From: Gemmatimonadaceae bacterium
GTDB taxonomy: Bacteria > Gemmatimonadota > Gemmatimonadetes > Gemmatimonadales > Gemmatimonadaceae
Length of the DNA stretch: 64,000 nt
Direction of reading: 5' to 3'
Assembly (NCBI GenBank): GCA_044224875.1
Contig: JBGAJQ010000013.1
Span: 28,119 to 92,118 of the forward strand
Shown: positions 22,540 to 31,414 of the stretch, piece after piece
Position numbering within the stretch: position 1 is the first letter of the stretch
How the letters are laid out: every line of letters starts with the position of its first letter
Notes under the pieces: model-generated
The model's input: only the letters and a program-made list of their open reading frames with translations
What the model was told of the DNA's origin: nothing
The model's database searches: none
Translations under genes and position numbers: made by a program

Positions 22540-23061
22540 CTAACGCGGCACGCGGGCCGGCAGCCACCTCTCGCTGCCCAGCGAAAAACCGATCACGCCA
22601 CCCAGCACGCCGCCCACCACCAGGCCCGCCGGCATTTCCTTCACAAAGTCGCTGGCCGACGGATTCACCTCCGGCAGATTCCCGAGACCCCACAGCACCC
22701 CGCCCGCCAAGGCGCCGATGATCAGGCCCTTGATGGTGCTCCGCTTGGTGGTGCGCCCCCCGCTGATCTCGATCCTGTCGATTGAGGACAGCTGCAACTT
22801 CACCCGCCGATACTCCTCGACTAACACTGGACCCGTGTCGAAGCCGAGGCGCCGGCGCGCCCCGGTCGTGTCCATCACCATGGCGACCGCGTCCAGCGAA
22901 TCGACTCGCCCGACATAGGCGTCGCTGCGGAGCGACGCGGCGCGCACGCGAACTCGCGACCCAACGAAAACGTCCCGTGCAGGTGCCTGCTGTGCGCGGA
23001 GGTCTGGTGCGAGTAAGACAGAAATCGCGGTCGCACTGACGGCGAGCAAGAATCGGTTCAC
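22540..23061 (-). CDS. Hypothetical secreted/membrane protein with glycine-zipper-like C-terminus
   Basis: GTG 23061 starts a signal peptide; VGSRVRV; GLIIGALAGG and GLVVGGVLGGVIG helices. Confidence 0.65.
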   Translation of the reverse strand: MNRFLLAVSATAISVLLAPDLRAQQAPARDVFVGSRVRVRAASLRSDAYVGRVDSLDAVAMVMDTTGARRRLGFDTGPVLVEEYRRVKLQLSSIDRIEISGGRTTKRSTIKGLIIGALAGGVLWGLGNLPEVNPSASDFVKEMPAGLVVGGVLGGVIGFSLGSERWLPARVPR

Positions 23062-23131
23062 GCCTTGGATCCTCGAGGTAGCAACGGCAAGGGGAGCCAC
23101 TCCGCCAGTCTCGACAAGCACGACTTGGCTC

Positions 23132-23953
23132 TCACCGTCGCATGAGTACGGAAATGACCTGAGAGAGACGTTCGGGCGCCTCCTCCGGCACGAAGTGCCC
23201 GACGTCTGGAATGTAGTCGAGCGTGGCATTGGGTATCGACGACGCAAACTGCTCCGCGAGCTCACGAGGAAGGAACGGATCCTCCATACCCCATACCACA
23301 GAAGTCGGAATCGCAATGTCGCGAAGTCCTTCCGACAGCGCCGCCGTTTCGGCCGGATCGATCGAGCCGACGTGCCGCAAGAAAACGTCCCTTCCCGATT
23401 CCGTGGTGAATGGCCTCAGGTACTGATCGAGCGAATGGGAACCTCGCTCAGGGATGACGTATCCGCGCGCCAAGGCGCGCTTGAATGCGTTCACAATCCA
23501 GGAGGGCGGGAAATGTCTGGTCGCAGAAGTAGTTGCCTTGGCCAGATTCGCTGTGCGGTCGGGCCATTGGTTAAACCCCACTGAGTTGCAGAGCCCTAAT
23601 CGGGAAACACGTCCTGGCGCCGAGATCGCAATGGACTGAGCGATCGCGCCGCCGAGGTCGTGCCCGACAATGGCCGCCCTGTCTACGCTGAGCGCATCGA
23701 GCAGCGAAAGCACGCGGGCCGCGTGCCCATGAATGGACAAGTCGTGTACAGATGGGGCGTCGCTACGCCCATAGCCCAGAAGATCGCAAACGACAACGCG
23801 ATGCCCAGGCGGGAGGAGGGGAACAAGGCTCGACCAGAGGTGACTCGAGGTTGGGAAACCGTGCAGAAGCAGAATCGGTTCTCCCGCGCCGCGGCTTCCA
23901 GCGGCGAAGTAGTAGAGTCGTGCGTCCCCGATGTCTATGAACTCCCCACGCAT
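23132..23953 (-). CDS. Alpha/beta hydrolase (Asp-nucleophile, epoxide hydrolase/dehalogenase-like)
   Basis: HGFP, DLLGYGRS, GHDLGG nucleophile elbow, WGMED, GHFVPEE. Confidence 0.9.
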   Translation of the reverse strand: MRGEFIDIGDARLYYFAAGSRGAGEPILLLHGFPTSSHLWSSLVPLLPPGHRVVVCDLLGYGRSDAPSVHDLSIHGHAARVLSLLDALSVDRAAIVGHDLGGAIAQSIAISAPGRVSRLGLCNSVGFNQWPDRTANLAKATTSATRHFPPSWIVNAFKRALARGYVIPERGSHSLDQYLRPFTTESGRDVFLRHVGSIDPAETAALSEGLRDIAIPTSVVWGMEDPFLPRELAEQFASSIPNATLDYIPDVGHFVPEEAPERLSQVISVLMRR

Positions 23954-24161
23954 GCCGGCTGGAATTGAGTACGTGTTGCGATCAGGTGAAGCTGACGGCT
24001 AAGGACGCAAGATGCTGATAGCGCGTTGTGGCCACAAGACTTGCGAGCATTCCCCTAGCGTTTTCAGCAAAAAGGCGTATCGTTTATATACGCTGGCGGA
24101 TGGAAGCGGTATTCGACGTGTAAAGTTAATGTTTCCAAGCACTTAACTTGTCATATCTCTC

Positions 24162-25298
24162 GTGACAGAAGAATCTGGGAGCACTGACGTCATCGAGCCG
24201 ACCGTGGCCGCACCGTCCATGGAGCCGGTGAGTTTTCCGCTGTCTTGGTTCCTTCAGGAAGCGCCAGCTCCGCTACAATATAGAGCCACTATAGAGGTAG
24301 CTGGACTTGTTGAGGACCGCGCGAGGCTCGAGGCTATTCCACTCAGTTACAGGCCCGCCCTCGCCTTGGCTGCCGCGCAGCGTGCCGATGGGCTTTGGTC
24401 GGACAGCATGCTCAACCTGCCCAGTGGTAAGGGATCCCAATCGTTCGAAGGCGTCGGCACGATTCAGGCTTTTCGCCGGATGATCGAGTACGGGTGGGAC
24501 CGAGACACGCCACCCATTCACCAAGCCCGTCGCGTCCTGTTCAGACTCCTGGCGGAAGACAACGACCCATCCTTCCTGTATGAGTTGCGCGGAAAGGGGC
24601 GCATGGAGCCGGATCTAGTGAAGCACGGTCGCCTCCTTCTTCGCGAGGCGGCGGCAGCGGCCCTAGCACACGCGGGATTCGAGGCAGACCCCAGGCTGCG
24701 CGGCGCGGCCCATCGAATTCTCGATCGCGTCGCATCGTTTGTTCGTTCGCCATTGGCGCAAAAGCCGTGGATACGAGTTGGCAATCGTCAGGTTCTGTCC
24801 CCCGATGCCACGCCGCCCTCGGTTTTTGCGCTGCAGATGCTCGCGTTCATGCCCGTTTTCTGTCACGAGAATCGGACGCAGGTGGACCACCTGTATGCGT
24901 ACTTGTCGCAGGTGCTGCCGCGCCAGGAGTCGGCGCAGGCAGTTGGCAGCGAGGTGATCGATCAGCCGCACTTGGTCCTCGGCGATTGGTTGCCACACCG
25001 CAACGCCGTGGAGGAAGATGTGCCCATGGCGCTCCACTGGCTCGAGTTGATGGCTCGCCTTCGTTTCCTGGGGCGGAACGAGAATTGGACGCGGTTGTTC
25101 GACCGTTTTCTCGACGATCGTGATCGCAACGCGGTTTGGCATCCACACAAAGGCTCATCGGCACCGACGAGCGCGAGCCCTTACGTCTGGCACGCCTTTC
25201 CATTGGGAGCCGGGTCCGCCGATGCGCGAGTGGCCGATGTCACATTCCGCATTGGTTTGATTGCACGCCTAATTGGGCGACCGATCGAACTGATCTAG
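24162..25298 (+). CDS. Hypothetical protein, possibly an alpha/alpha-toroid fold
   Basis: 378-aa ORF filling the gap between genes; helical; QRADGLW resembles a QW-type repeat. Confidence 0.7.
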   Translation: MTEESGSTDVIEPTVAAPSMEPVSFPLSWFLQEAPAPLQYRATIEVAGLVEDRARLEAIPLSYRPALALAAAQRADGLWSDSMLNLPSGKGSQSFEGVGTIQAFRRMIEYGWDRDTPPIHQARRVLFRLLAEDNDPSFLYELRGKGRMEPDLVKHGRLLLREAAAAALAHAGFEADPRLRGAAHRILDRVASFVRSPLAQKPWIRVGNRQVLSPDATPPSVFALQMLAFMPVFCHENRTQVDHLYAYLSQVLPRQESAQAVGSEVIDQPHLVLGDWLPHRNAVEEDVPMALHWLELMARLRFLGRNENWTRLFDRFLDDRDRNAVWHPHKGSSAPTSASPYVWHAFPLGAGSADARVADVTFRIGLIARLIGRPIELI

Positions 25299-25449
25299 GA
25301 ACGACGCGGCGAAAACCCTCACACCTCCGATCTCGCGCCGCTGACAGACGGTGAGCGCGCGGTAGTGCAGCATGATGCAGCCAGTCGAGCTGTTGCCTGC
25401 AGTGTCCATCCGGGACAAGGCAATTGGCCGACCGTAGATGGAGGGCGCC

Positions 25450-26585
25450 ATGCTGACGTACAAGGACCTGCTCCAGCTGGAACGGCAGTATCGAGAGACG
25501 CGAGTGCTCAGCGTGTATCTGCCGAAGGCGGAGGAAGACCCGGCACTTCGGGACGTGTCGCAGACTCGACTGCACACTGAATTGTCAAGAGTGCGGCACC
25601 ATTTGGAGGGGGCGCCTCGCGCGGAACGGCTCGCCTTCGCGTCGGCGTCCGCGGCGCTCAACGACGCGTTAGGCACGCTCACGGTTGGAGGGGCCTCGGT
25701 GATGGCGTTTGCGGCCGAGCAAGGCATGTTATTCGCGGATCGTGTGCTCGCGCCAGTTCCGTTTCATGTGTCCTGGCAGGACGGCCTCGTCACGTCGCCG
25801 TACGTGCGCTCCTTGAAGCAGGAGCATCCGGTGCTGGTGGTGGCGGTGGACAGTCGCACGGCCCGGTTGTTCAAGTATCAGGGGGGCAACGTAGCCTTGG
25901 TGGAGGCTTTCGAGGCGCACGTGCGTAACGAGCCGGCGATGCACATGGGTGACAGCCGCGACCGCACTTCCATCCCGGTGTCCGGGGCGCCACGGGGCGC
26001 GACGAGACGGAGCGTCGTGAAGCGGTGGCGTTGGAACGCATGCTGAACCAGCTTTCGGAGCGGATAGAACCCGAACGGGGCGCCGATCCATGGCTGGTGG
26101 TGGGTGGCATGTCGGCGAGCGTGCACGCGGTGTTGCGCGTGCTTCCTCGGCACCTGGTGGACCGTTCCACGATCGTGAGCGCGTTGACGACCGGGTCGAC
26201 CGTGTCGGAAGTGGCCCGGGTGGCCGCCGTTGCGGCGTCGGAGCTGACGGCGCGGCGAGACGGAGCACTGGTCGAGGCGCTCCTCGATCGGGCCGGCGCG
26301 AACGCGCGCGCGGTGTTGGGCCTCGCGGACGTCCAGTCAGCCCTCGATGAACGATCGGTGCACCTGTTGCTGCTGTCGCAACACCTGCTGGACCACAACG
26401 TTCAGCTGACCGATGCGCTGGTTCGCACGGCCTTCGATGGTGGGTCGTTGGTCGAAGTGGTGACGGGTGCTGGGGCCCGTCGGCTGGACTCGGACGGTGA
26501 GGGTGTTGCCGCCGAGCTCCGCTTTGTTCCTCCAGCGCATGGCGAGTCGGCAGCTGCGCGGGAGGAGCTGTCGGCTAACGTCTGA
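25450..26585 (+). pseudogene. Bacterial aeRF1-like (baeRF) protein split by a 1-nt frameshift at ~25957
   Basis: VLSVYL, LVVAVDSRTARLF in frame 1. Frame 2 continues RPHFHPGVRGATG..WLVVGG..AVLGLADVQSALDERSVHLLLL..VEVV..GVAAELRF (eRF1 domain 3-like). GGAGGG RBS before ATG 25450. Confidence 0.7.
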
Positions 26586-26705
26586 CGGGGAATCCTTCGC
26601 GGTGTTCGCTCCACCCCGCTGACTGCGGGACTGGCCTGCGGGCGCCATCATGCAGGCGAAGGTTCACCAAGGGTTCTCGCAGCCTCGTGTAGGCAGGAGG
26701 GACGT

Positions 26706-27179
26706 ATGACAAAGCTCACCCTACCGCGCACCACGACCGTTTTTCCAAATGTCGCGCGCGAGATCGACGAGATGCAGAATCGGCTTCGTCGCTATTTCAA
26801 CGAACCCTTCGCCATCGAGAAGTTCCCCTTCCCGGAATCCGTCGGCTGGCTGCCAGCGGTCGAGATCTCCGAGACAAATGAGGAGCTCATGATGACAGCC
26901 GAACTCCCCGGCATGAAGCGGGAAGAGGTTGAAGTGGTGTTCGACGACGACATGCTCACGATCCGTGGAGAGAAGAAGGAGGAGAAGGAGGTAAACGCCG
27001 AGAAGAAGCTGCATGTTTGGGAGCGGACATATGGCGCCTTCCAGCGGTCCTTCACCCTTCCGCGCACCATCGATCCGACCAAGATCGTCGCTGAATTCAA
27101 GGATGGGGTGCTTCGAGTTCGGATGCCAAAGACCACGCTGGCGAAGGCGAAAGGGCAGAAGATCGAAGTGAAAGGCTAG
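26706..27179 (+). CDS. Hsp20/alpha-crystallin small heat shock protein
   Basis: PAVEISET, AELPG, ERTYGAFQRSFTLP, FKDGVLRVRMPK. AGGAGG RBS. Confidence 0.95.
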   Translation: MTKLTLPRTTTVFPNVAREIDEMQNRLRRYFNEPFAIEKFPFPESVGWLPAVEISETNEELMMTAELPGMKREEVEVVFDDDMLTIRGEKKEEKEVNAEKKLHVWERTYGAFQRSFTLPRTIDPTKIVAEFKDGVLRVRMPKTTLAKAKGQKIEVKG

Positions 27180-27353
27180 CGCTCCCTCTCGGGCTGAGGG
27201 CGGACGCGGACCGAAAGTCCACGTCTTCGCGCGAAACGGAACGGGCTCGCCTCGGCGAGCCCGTTCTGCTGTCGTGACCCTAACGAAGATGCCTTGCGCG
27301 ACAGATGGGATTAGATTGTCGCCTGCCGCTTCGCCTCCCCTATTCTCCGTGAC

Positions 27354-28541
27354 ATGTCCCGAACCTCCGCCTCGCACGAGCCGACGCACGAAACTCCCAC
27401 GCCAGCGACGACGTTTGCCTCTCTGGGCATGAGTGCGGCGGTACTGCAAGCGGTTTCGGATGCCGGCTACTCGGAACCCACGCCTATACAGGCGGCCGCT
27501 ATCCCGCTGACGTTGCGCGGACGGGACGTGATTGGCCTGGCGCAGACGGGAACGGGCAAGACTGCCGCGTTCACCCTGCCTCTGGTGGAGCGCTTGTTAG
27601 GCGGACCGCAGCGCACGCGCGCGCTCATCCTGACGCCCACACGGGAACTCTGCCAGCAGGTTGAAGAAAGCGTGAAGAAGTATGCCAAGCACGCCGCGCT
27701 GTCGGCGATCTCGGTCTATGGTGGTGTGTCGCTGGAGCCGCAGGAACGCGCCCTCAAGCGAGGCGTCGACGTGGTCATCGCGACGCCAGGACGGTTGATC
27801 GACCATATCGAACGACGCAACGTTGCATTCGACGAGCTGGAGATCCTGGTGTTGGATGAAGCCGACCGGATGCTCGACATGGGCTTCGCGCCGCAGATCA
27901 ATCGCATCGTGCGGGAGATTCCTCCGTATCGGCAGACACTGCTCTACAGCGCCACCATGCCACCGGAGGTAGAGGTACTCGCCCGCAAGTACATGCGGCG
28001 GCCGCAGGTGATTGAAGTAACGCGCCGCGCGACGGCAGCCACAACAGTCACCCACGCGGTATATCCCGTGCCGCGGGAGAAGAAGAGCCAGCTGCTGGTT
28101 GAGCTGCTCCGTGCGCCAGAGATGGACTCCGTGCTGGTCTTCACGCGCATGAAGGTTGGGGCTGACCGAGTGGTGAGATACCTGACGCACGAAGGAATCG
28201 AAGCCGAGGCGTTGCATGCGGACAAAACCCAGCAGCAACGCGATCGCGCCCTGGAACGGTTTCGAAGCGGTGAGTTGCGTGTGCTGGTTGCCACGGACAT
28301 TGCCCAGCGCGGCTTGGACATCAGCGGCATCTCGCACGTCATCAACTACGACGTGCCGCAGCAACCCGAAGACTACGTGCATCGCATCGGTCGGACGGGT
28401 CGGGCGGCTCAATCGGGGGACGCGTTCACATTCATGTCGCCCGACGAGATCGCGACCGTCAGGCTCATCGAACGGGTGATTGGCCAATCGATCGATCGCA
28501 TCTCCGTGCCGGGGTTCGACTTCGGGACCACGGCGGAGTAG
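27354..28541 (+). CDS. DEAD-box RNA helicase (RhlE-like)
   Basis: Q motif, AQTGTGKT, PTREL, TPGRL, DEAD, SAT, HRIGRTGR. Confidence 0.95.
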   Translation: MSRTSASHEPTHETPTPATTFASLGMSAAVLQAVSDAGYSEPTPIQAAAIPLTLRGRDVIGLAQTGTGKTAAFTLPLVERLLGGPQRTRALILTPTRELCQQVEESVKKYAKHAALSAISVYGGVSLEPQERALKRGVDVVIATPGRLIDHIERRNVAFDELEILVLDEADRMLDMGFAPQINRIVREIPPYRQTLLYSATMPPEVEVLARKYMRRPQVIEVTRRATAATTVTHAVYPVPREKKSQLLVELLRAPEMDSVLVFTRMKVGADRVVRYLTHEGIEAEALHADKTQQQRDRALERFRSGELRVLVATDIAQRGLDISGISHVINYDVPQQPEDYVHRIGRTGRAAQSGDAFTFMSPDEIATVRLIERVIGQSIDRISVPGFDFGTTAE

Positions 28542-28765
28542 CGGCGCAGCAGGTTAAACAGGCGGCGCCGGTCCCGGCCCCGCACGTCGGGATCGTCAGT
28601 CACGTCATCGTGCCGTGAAAGGGCGAGCCGTGCGTGATGCAAGTCGGGGCCAGCTTCATTGGTTGCCACGCGCGCGCCTTCATCCCAATCCCAGGGCACG
28701 CGCTCGTTCGCTAGACGATCCACGGCAGTCATGGGACGGTGCGGTTTGCACATGGGAACAAGGCG

Positions 28766-29182
28766 TTAGTGCCGAACGCGTCCCAGTCGTGACACCGTCA
28801 GCGTCTCCGCTGCAAGCCCGCGTGCCACGATGATGCGGGTATTGCTCGCGCCAAAACCCATGGCGTTCGCGGCGTACGTCACGGAGTCTCGGGTGATCGC
28901 CAATGACACCCCGTACAGGGCGCCCAAGGGGCGCGACTCGATCGTATCGCCGTAAGAGACGACGGCGAGAGACACCGTCGCTGTATCAAAACGGGTAGCA
29001 GCCTTGGACCCGCGTTGAAAGGCCGTGAGCCGAGCGCGAGCGAGGGCAGACGTCACGTCCAACGTGGCGGCTCGAACACTGAGTGCATCCTGATACCGGG
29101 CAAATCGGGGCAACGCCAGGAGTGCAACGAGGCCGAGCACGGCAAGAGTCACCAGCAGTTGCGGAAGCGTGAAACCGGACAT
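28766..29182 (-). CDS. FimT/GspH-like minor pilin or pseudopilin
   Basis: G|FTLPQLLVTLAVLGLVALLALP class III signal; ARLTA; C-terminal TLTVSRLGRV. Confidence 0.75.
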   Translation of the reverse strand: MSGFTLPQLLVTLAVLGLVALLALPRFARYQDALSVRAATLDVTSALARARLTAFQRGSKAATRFDTATVSLAVVSYGDTIESRPLGALYGVSLAITRDSVTYAANAMGFGASNTRIIVARGLAAETLTVSRLGRVRH

Positions 29183-29402
29183 GCGTTCTCCTCTCGAGGT
29201 GGGAGGAGACGATGGCGTGTCGGAGCGACGCGCCCGTTACCGCAATATTGCGAGGCGGACCGTCGTTATGCGGCCGCACGCAACCGGTGGGATTCGCGGC
29301 ACGCGTGGGCTGGCTCATAGTGCCGCGGACGCTCGGGTTCGGCTATTTTTCTGCCCGGCCGTGGCACCGCGGCGACGTCGGTTTCCACAGGTAACGGAGC
29401 CT

Positions 29403-29639
29403 ATGCACGTCAGCATCGAATACTGCGTGATGTGAAGCTACGAATTTCGCGCCACCAGTTTGGCGGCGGAGATTCGAAAGCAGTACCCGGATGCCGAGCT
29501 GGAGCTGATCGAGTCCAGCGGCGGACGGTTCGAGGTCAAGCGGGATGGGGTCCTGCTCTTCTCGAAAAAGGCGACCGGACGTCACGCCCAGCCTGGCGAA
29601 GTGGTACGACTGCTCGCTGCCGCCGATACTAACGGGTAG
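29403..29639 (+). CDS. SelT/SelW/SelH (Rdx) family selenoprotein with in-frame UGA at 29433-29435
   Basis: Reading through TGA gives MHVSIEYCVM-U-SYEFRATSLAAEIRKQYPDAELELIESSGGRFEVKRDGVLLFSKKATGRHAQPGEVVRLLAAADTNG*. This has the CxxU motif and the Rdx GG.FEV..DG...FSK...GR signature. Absent from the ORF track. Confidence 0.9.
29441..29476 (+). promoter_or_regulatory. Candidate bacterial SECIS hairpin
   Basis: CGAATTTCGCGCCA-CCAGTT-TGGCGGCGGAGATTCG folds into a long stem starting at the sixth base after the UGA, with GU in the apical loop. Confidence 0.65.
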
Positions 29640-29716
29640 CGAACGGGCGCCGGCCAGCGCCCTTTTCTTCGTCGATCCGACTCAGCGGTTCTGTTCTCGT
29701 TTATCCATTACTCGTT

Positions 29717-30796
29717 ATGAGAATTGCGATCTCGACGGGAGGCGGTGACGCTCCCGGGCTCAACGCGGTGATTCGCTCGTCCGTCCTTTCCGCTGTCACT
29801 CGCGGATGGGACGTGCTCGGGATCTGTCGTGGATACTTCGGGTTGCTCGGAGAGGATGACATCATCCCGTTGACGCGTGACGCAGTGCGGGGCATCGGTC
29901 ACTTGGGTGGAACGATCCTCCGCACCACGAACCGTGGGAATCCCTTTGCATTTCCCGTTCGCCAATCGGATGGGACGTATCGCGACATCGATCGCTCTCA
30001 GGAACTGATCGACAATGCGTCGCGGCTGGGTATCGATGCGATGATCACGATCGGCGGCGATGGCTCGCTTTCCATCGCCCAGCGCCTGTTCGAGCGTGGC
30101 GTCAAGATCGTTGGCGTACCGAAGACCATCGACAACGACGTGAGCGAGACGATCACGACCTTCGGCTTCGACACCGCAGTGGACACCGCGATCGACGCAA
30201 TCGACAAGCTGCACACGACCGCCGAGAGCCATGATCGCGTGATGGTGCTGGAGGTCATGGGGCGCCACGCAGGGTTCATCGCGTTGCACGCTGGCGTCGC
30301 AGGGTCGGCCGACGTTGTGCTGCTCCCCGAGATTCCATTCGACATCGAGAAGGTGTGTGCCAAGGTTCGGGCCCGTGACCGCGCGGGACGGTTGTTCTCG
30401 ATCGTTGTCGTAGCTGAGGGCGCCTACCCAGTTGGCGGCCAGGAGTCGATACTCGGCGAATCGCTCCCGGGGCAGGACAAGCGCGTGGGTGGGATTGCCG
30501 GTCGCTTAGCGTGGGAAATCCAGCAGCGTACCGGGAAGGAAGCTCGATCGCTGGTGCTGGGGCACTTGCAGCGAGGCGGTTCTCCAACCGGTTACGACCG
30601 GCTGCTGGCCACGCGTTTCGGGGGCGCGGCGGTAGAAGCAGTGGAGCAGGGCAAGTGGGGGCACATGGTCGCACTCCAGTCACCGCATATCGTTACAGTG
30701 CCATTCGTTGACGTCCTTCGAGAGTCGAAGCGCGTGGACCCAACGCATGACGTGGTGCGAACCGCGCGTGCCAATGGCATTTCGTTCGGCGATTGA
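29717..30796 (+). CDS. pfkA: 6-phosphofructokinase (PfkA family, group III-like)
   Basis: TGGGDAPGLN, GGTIL, IGGDGS, PKTIDND, EVMGR, LGHLQRGG. Confidence 0.93.
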   Translation: MRIAISTGGGDAPGLNAVIRSSVLSAVTRGWDVLGICRGYFGLLGEDDIIPLTRDAVRGIGHLGGTILRTTNRGNPFAFPVRQSDGTYRDIDRSQELIDNASRLGIDAMITIGGDGSLSIAQRLFERGVKIVGVPKTIDNDVSETITTFGFDTAVDTAIDAIDKLHTTAESHDRVMVLEVMGRHAGFIALHAGVAGSADVVLLPEIPFDIEKVCAKVRARDRAGRLFSIVVVAEGAYPVGGQESILGESLPGQDKRVGGIAGRLAWEIQQRTGKEARSLVLGHLQRGGSPTGYDRLLATRFGGAAVEAVEQGKWGHMVALQSPHIVTVPFVDVLRESKRVDPTHDVVRTARANGISFGD

Positions 30797-31012
30797 GCGC
30801 GGGGTTCGAATTCGATCCTGGACCTGATGGCACCGTGCCTGCTGGAACGGGTATCTCAGCCTACGCTTATCCTCTGGAGCATGCGCCAGCAGTCGAGGCC
30901 GACAGCGTGAGGCTCCATGAGGCCGCCGTCGTGGCGAGGGGGTTACCCCGAGTGCCGGAAGGAATGGCGCGCGACACGCGGGATTCTGCCTCGAATTTGC
31001 AGGAGTTTAGTG

Positions 31013-31357
31013 ATGTCAGGTCGTAGTTGGATGGGAGTTGGAGCCTTCGTCGCGATTCTTGCCTGGGCTCCGTCGGTTGAGGCGCAGCGCTTAGCTCCGC
31101 CGCCCGAGAAGGACCGGGCCAAGGTCACCATCCCAAAGGAGTATCTCCCGCCTGCCGGGATGTGTCGCGTATGGATCGACAACGTTCCCGCGGCTCAGCA
31201 GCCGGCGCCGACGGACTGCGTGACGGCTATCAAGAACCGTCCGACCAACGGGCGAGTGGTGTTTGGCGATGATGCGAGCCTTCGACGAAAGGGATTCCGT
31301 CGCGACGAGGGCGAGCGTGGCGACGACAGCACGAAACTGAAGGTGAAGAAGCCGTAG
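31013..31357 (+). CDS. Small secreted hypothetical protein
   Basis: Signal peptide; IPKEYLPPAGMCRVW...PAAQQPAPTDC motif; AGGAG RBS upstream of ATG 31013. Confidence 0.7.
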   Translation: MSGRSWMGVGAFVAILAWAPSVEAQRLAPPPEKDRAKVTIPKEYLPPAGMCRVWIDNVPAAQQPAPTDCVTAIKNRPTNGRVVFGDDASLRRKGFRRDEGERGDDSTKLKVKKP

Positions 31358-31414
31358 ATTGTCTCAGGCGGTTTACCTTTCACGCGCCGGCGCAGGGTTC
31401 TGCGGCCGGCGCGG

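Noticed and set aside
26586..26705. CIRCE heat-shock operator before Hsp20
   Set aside because: No TTAGCACTC-N9-GAGTGCTAA match.
29169..29632. ORF-track calls 29169-29435 and 29432-29632
   Set aside because: Better explained by one selenoprotein at 29403-29639 read through UGA.
30793..31026. 77-aa ORF after pfkA
   Set aside because: TTG start, no recognisable motif; more plausibly intergenic or promoter sequence.
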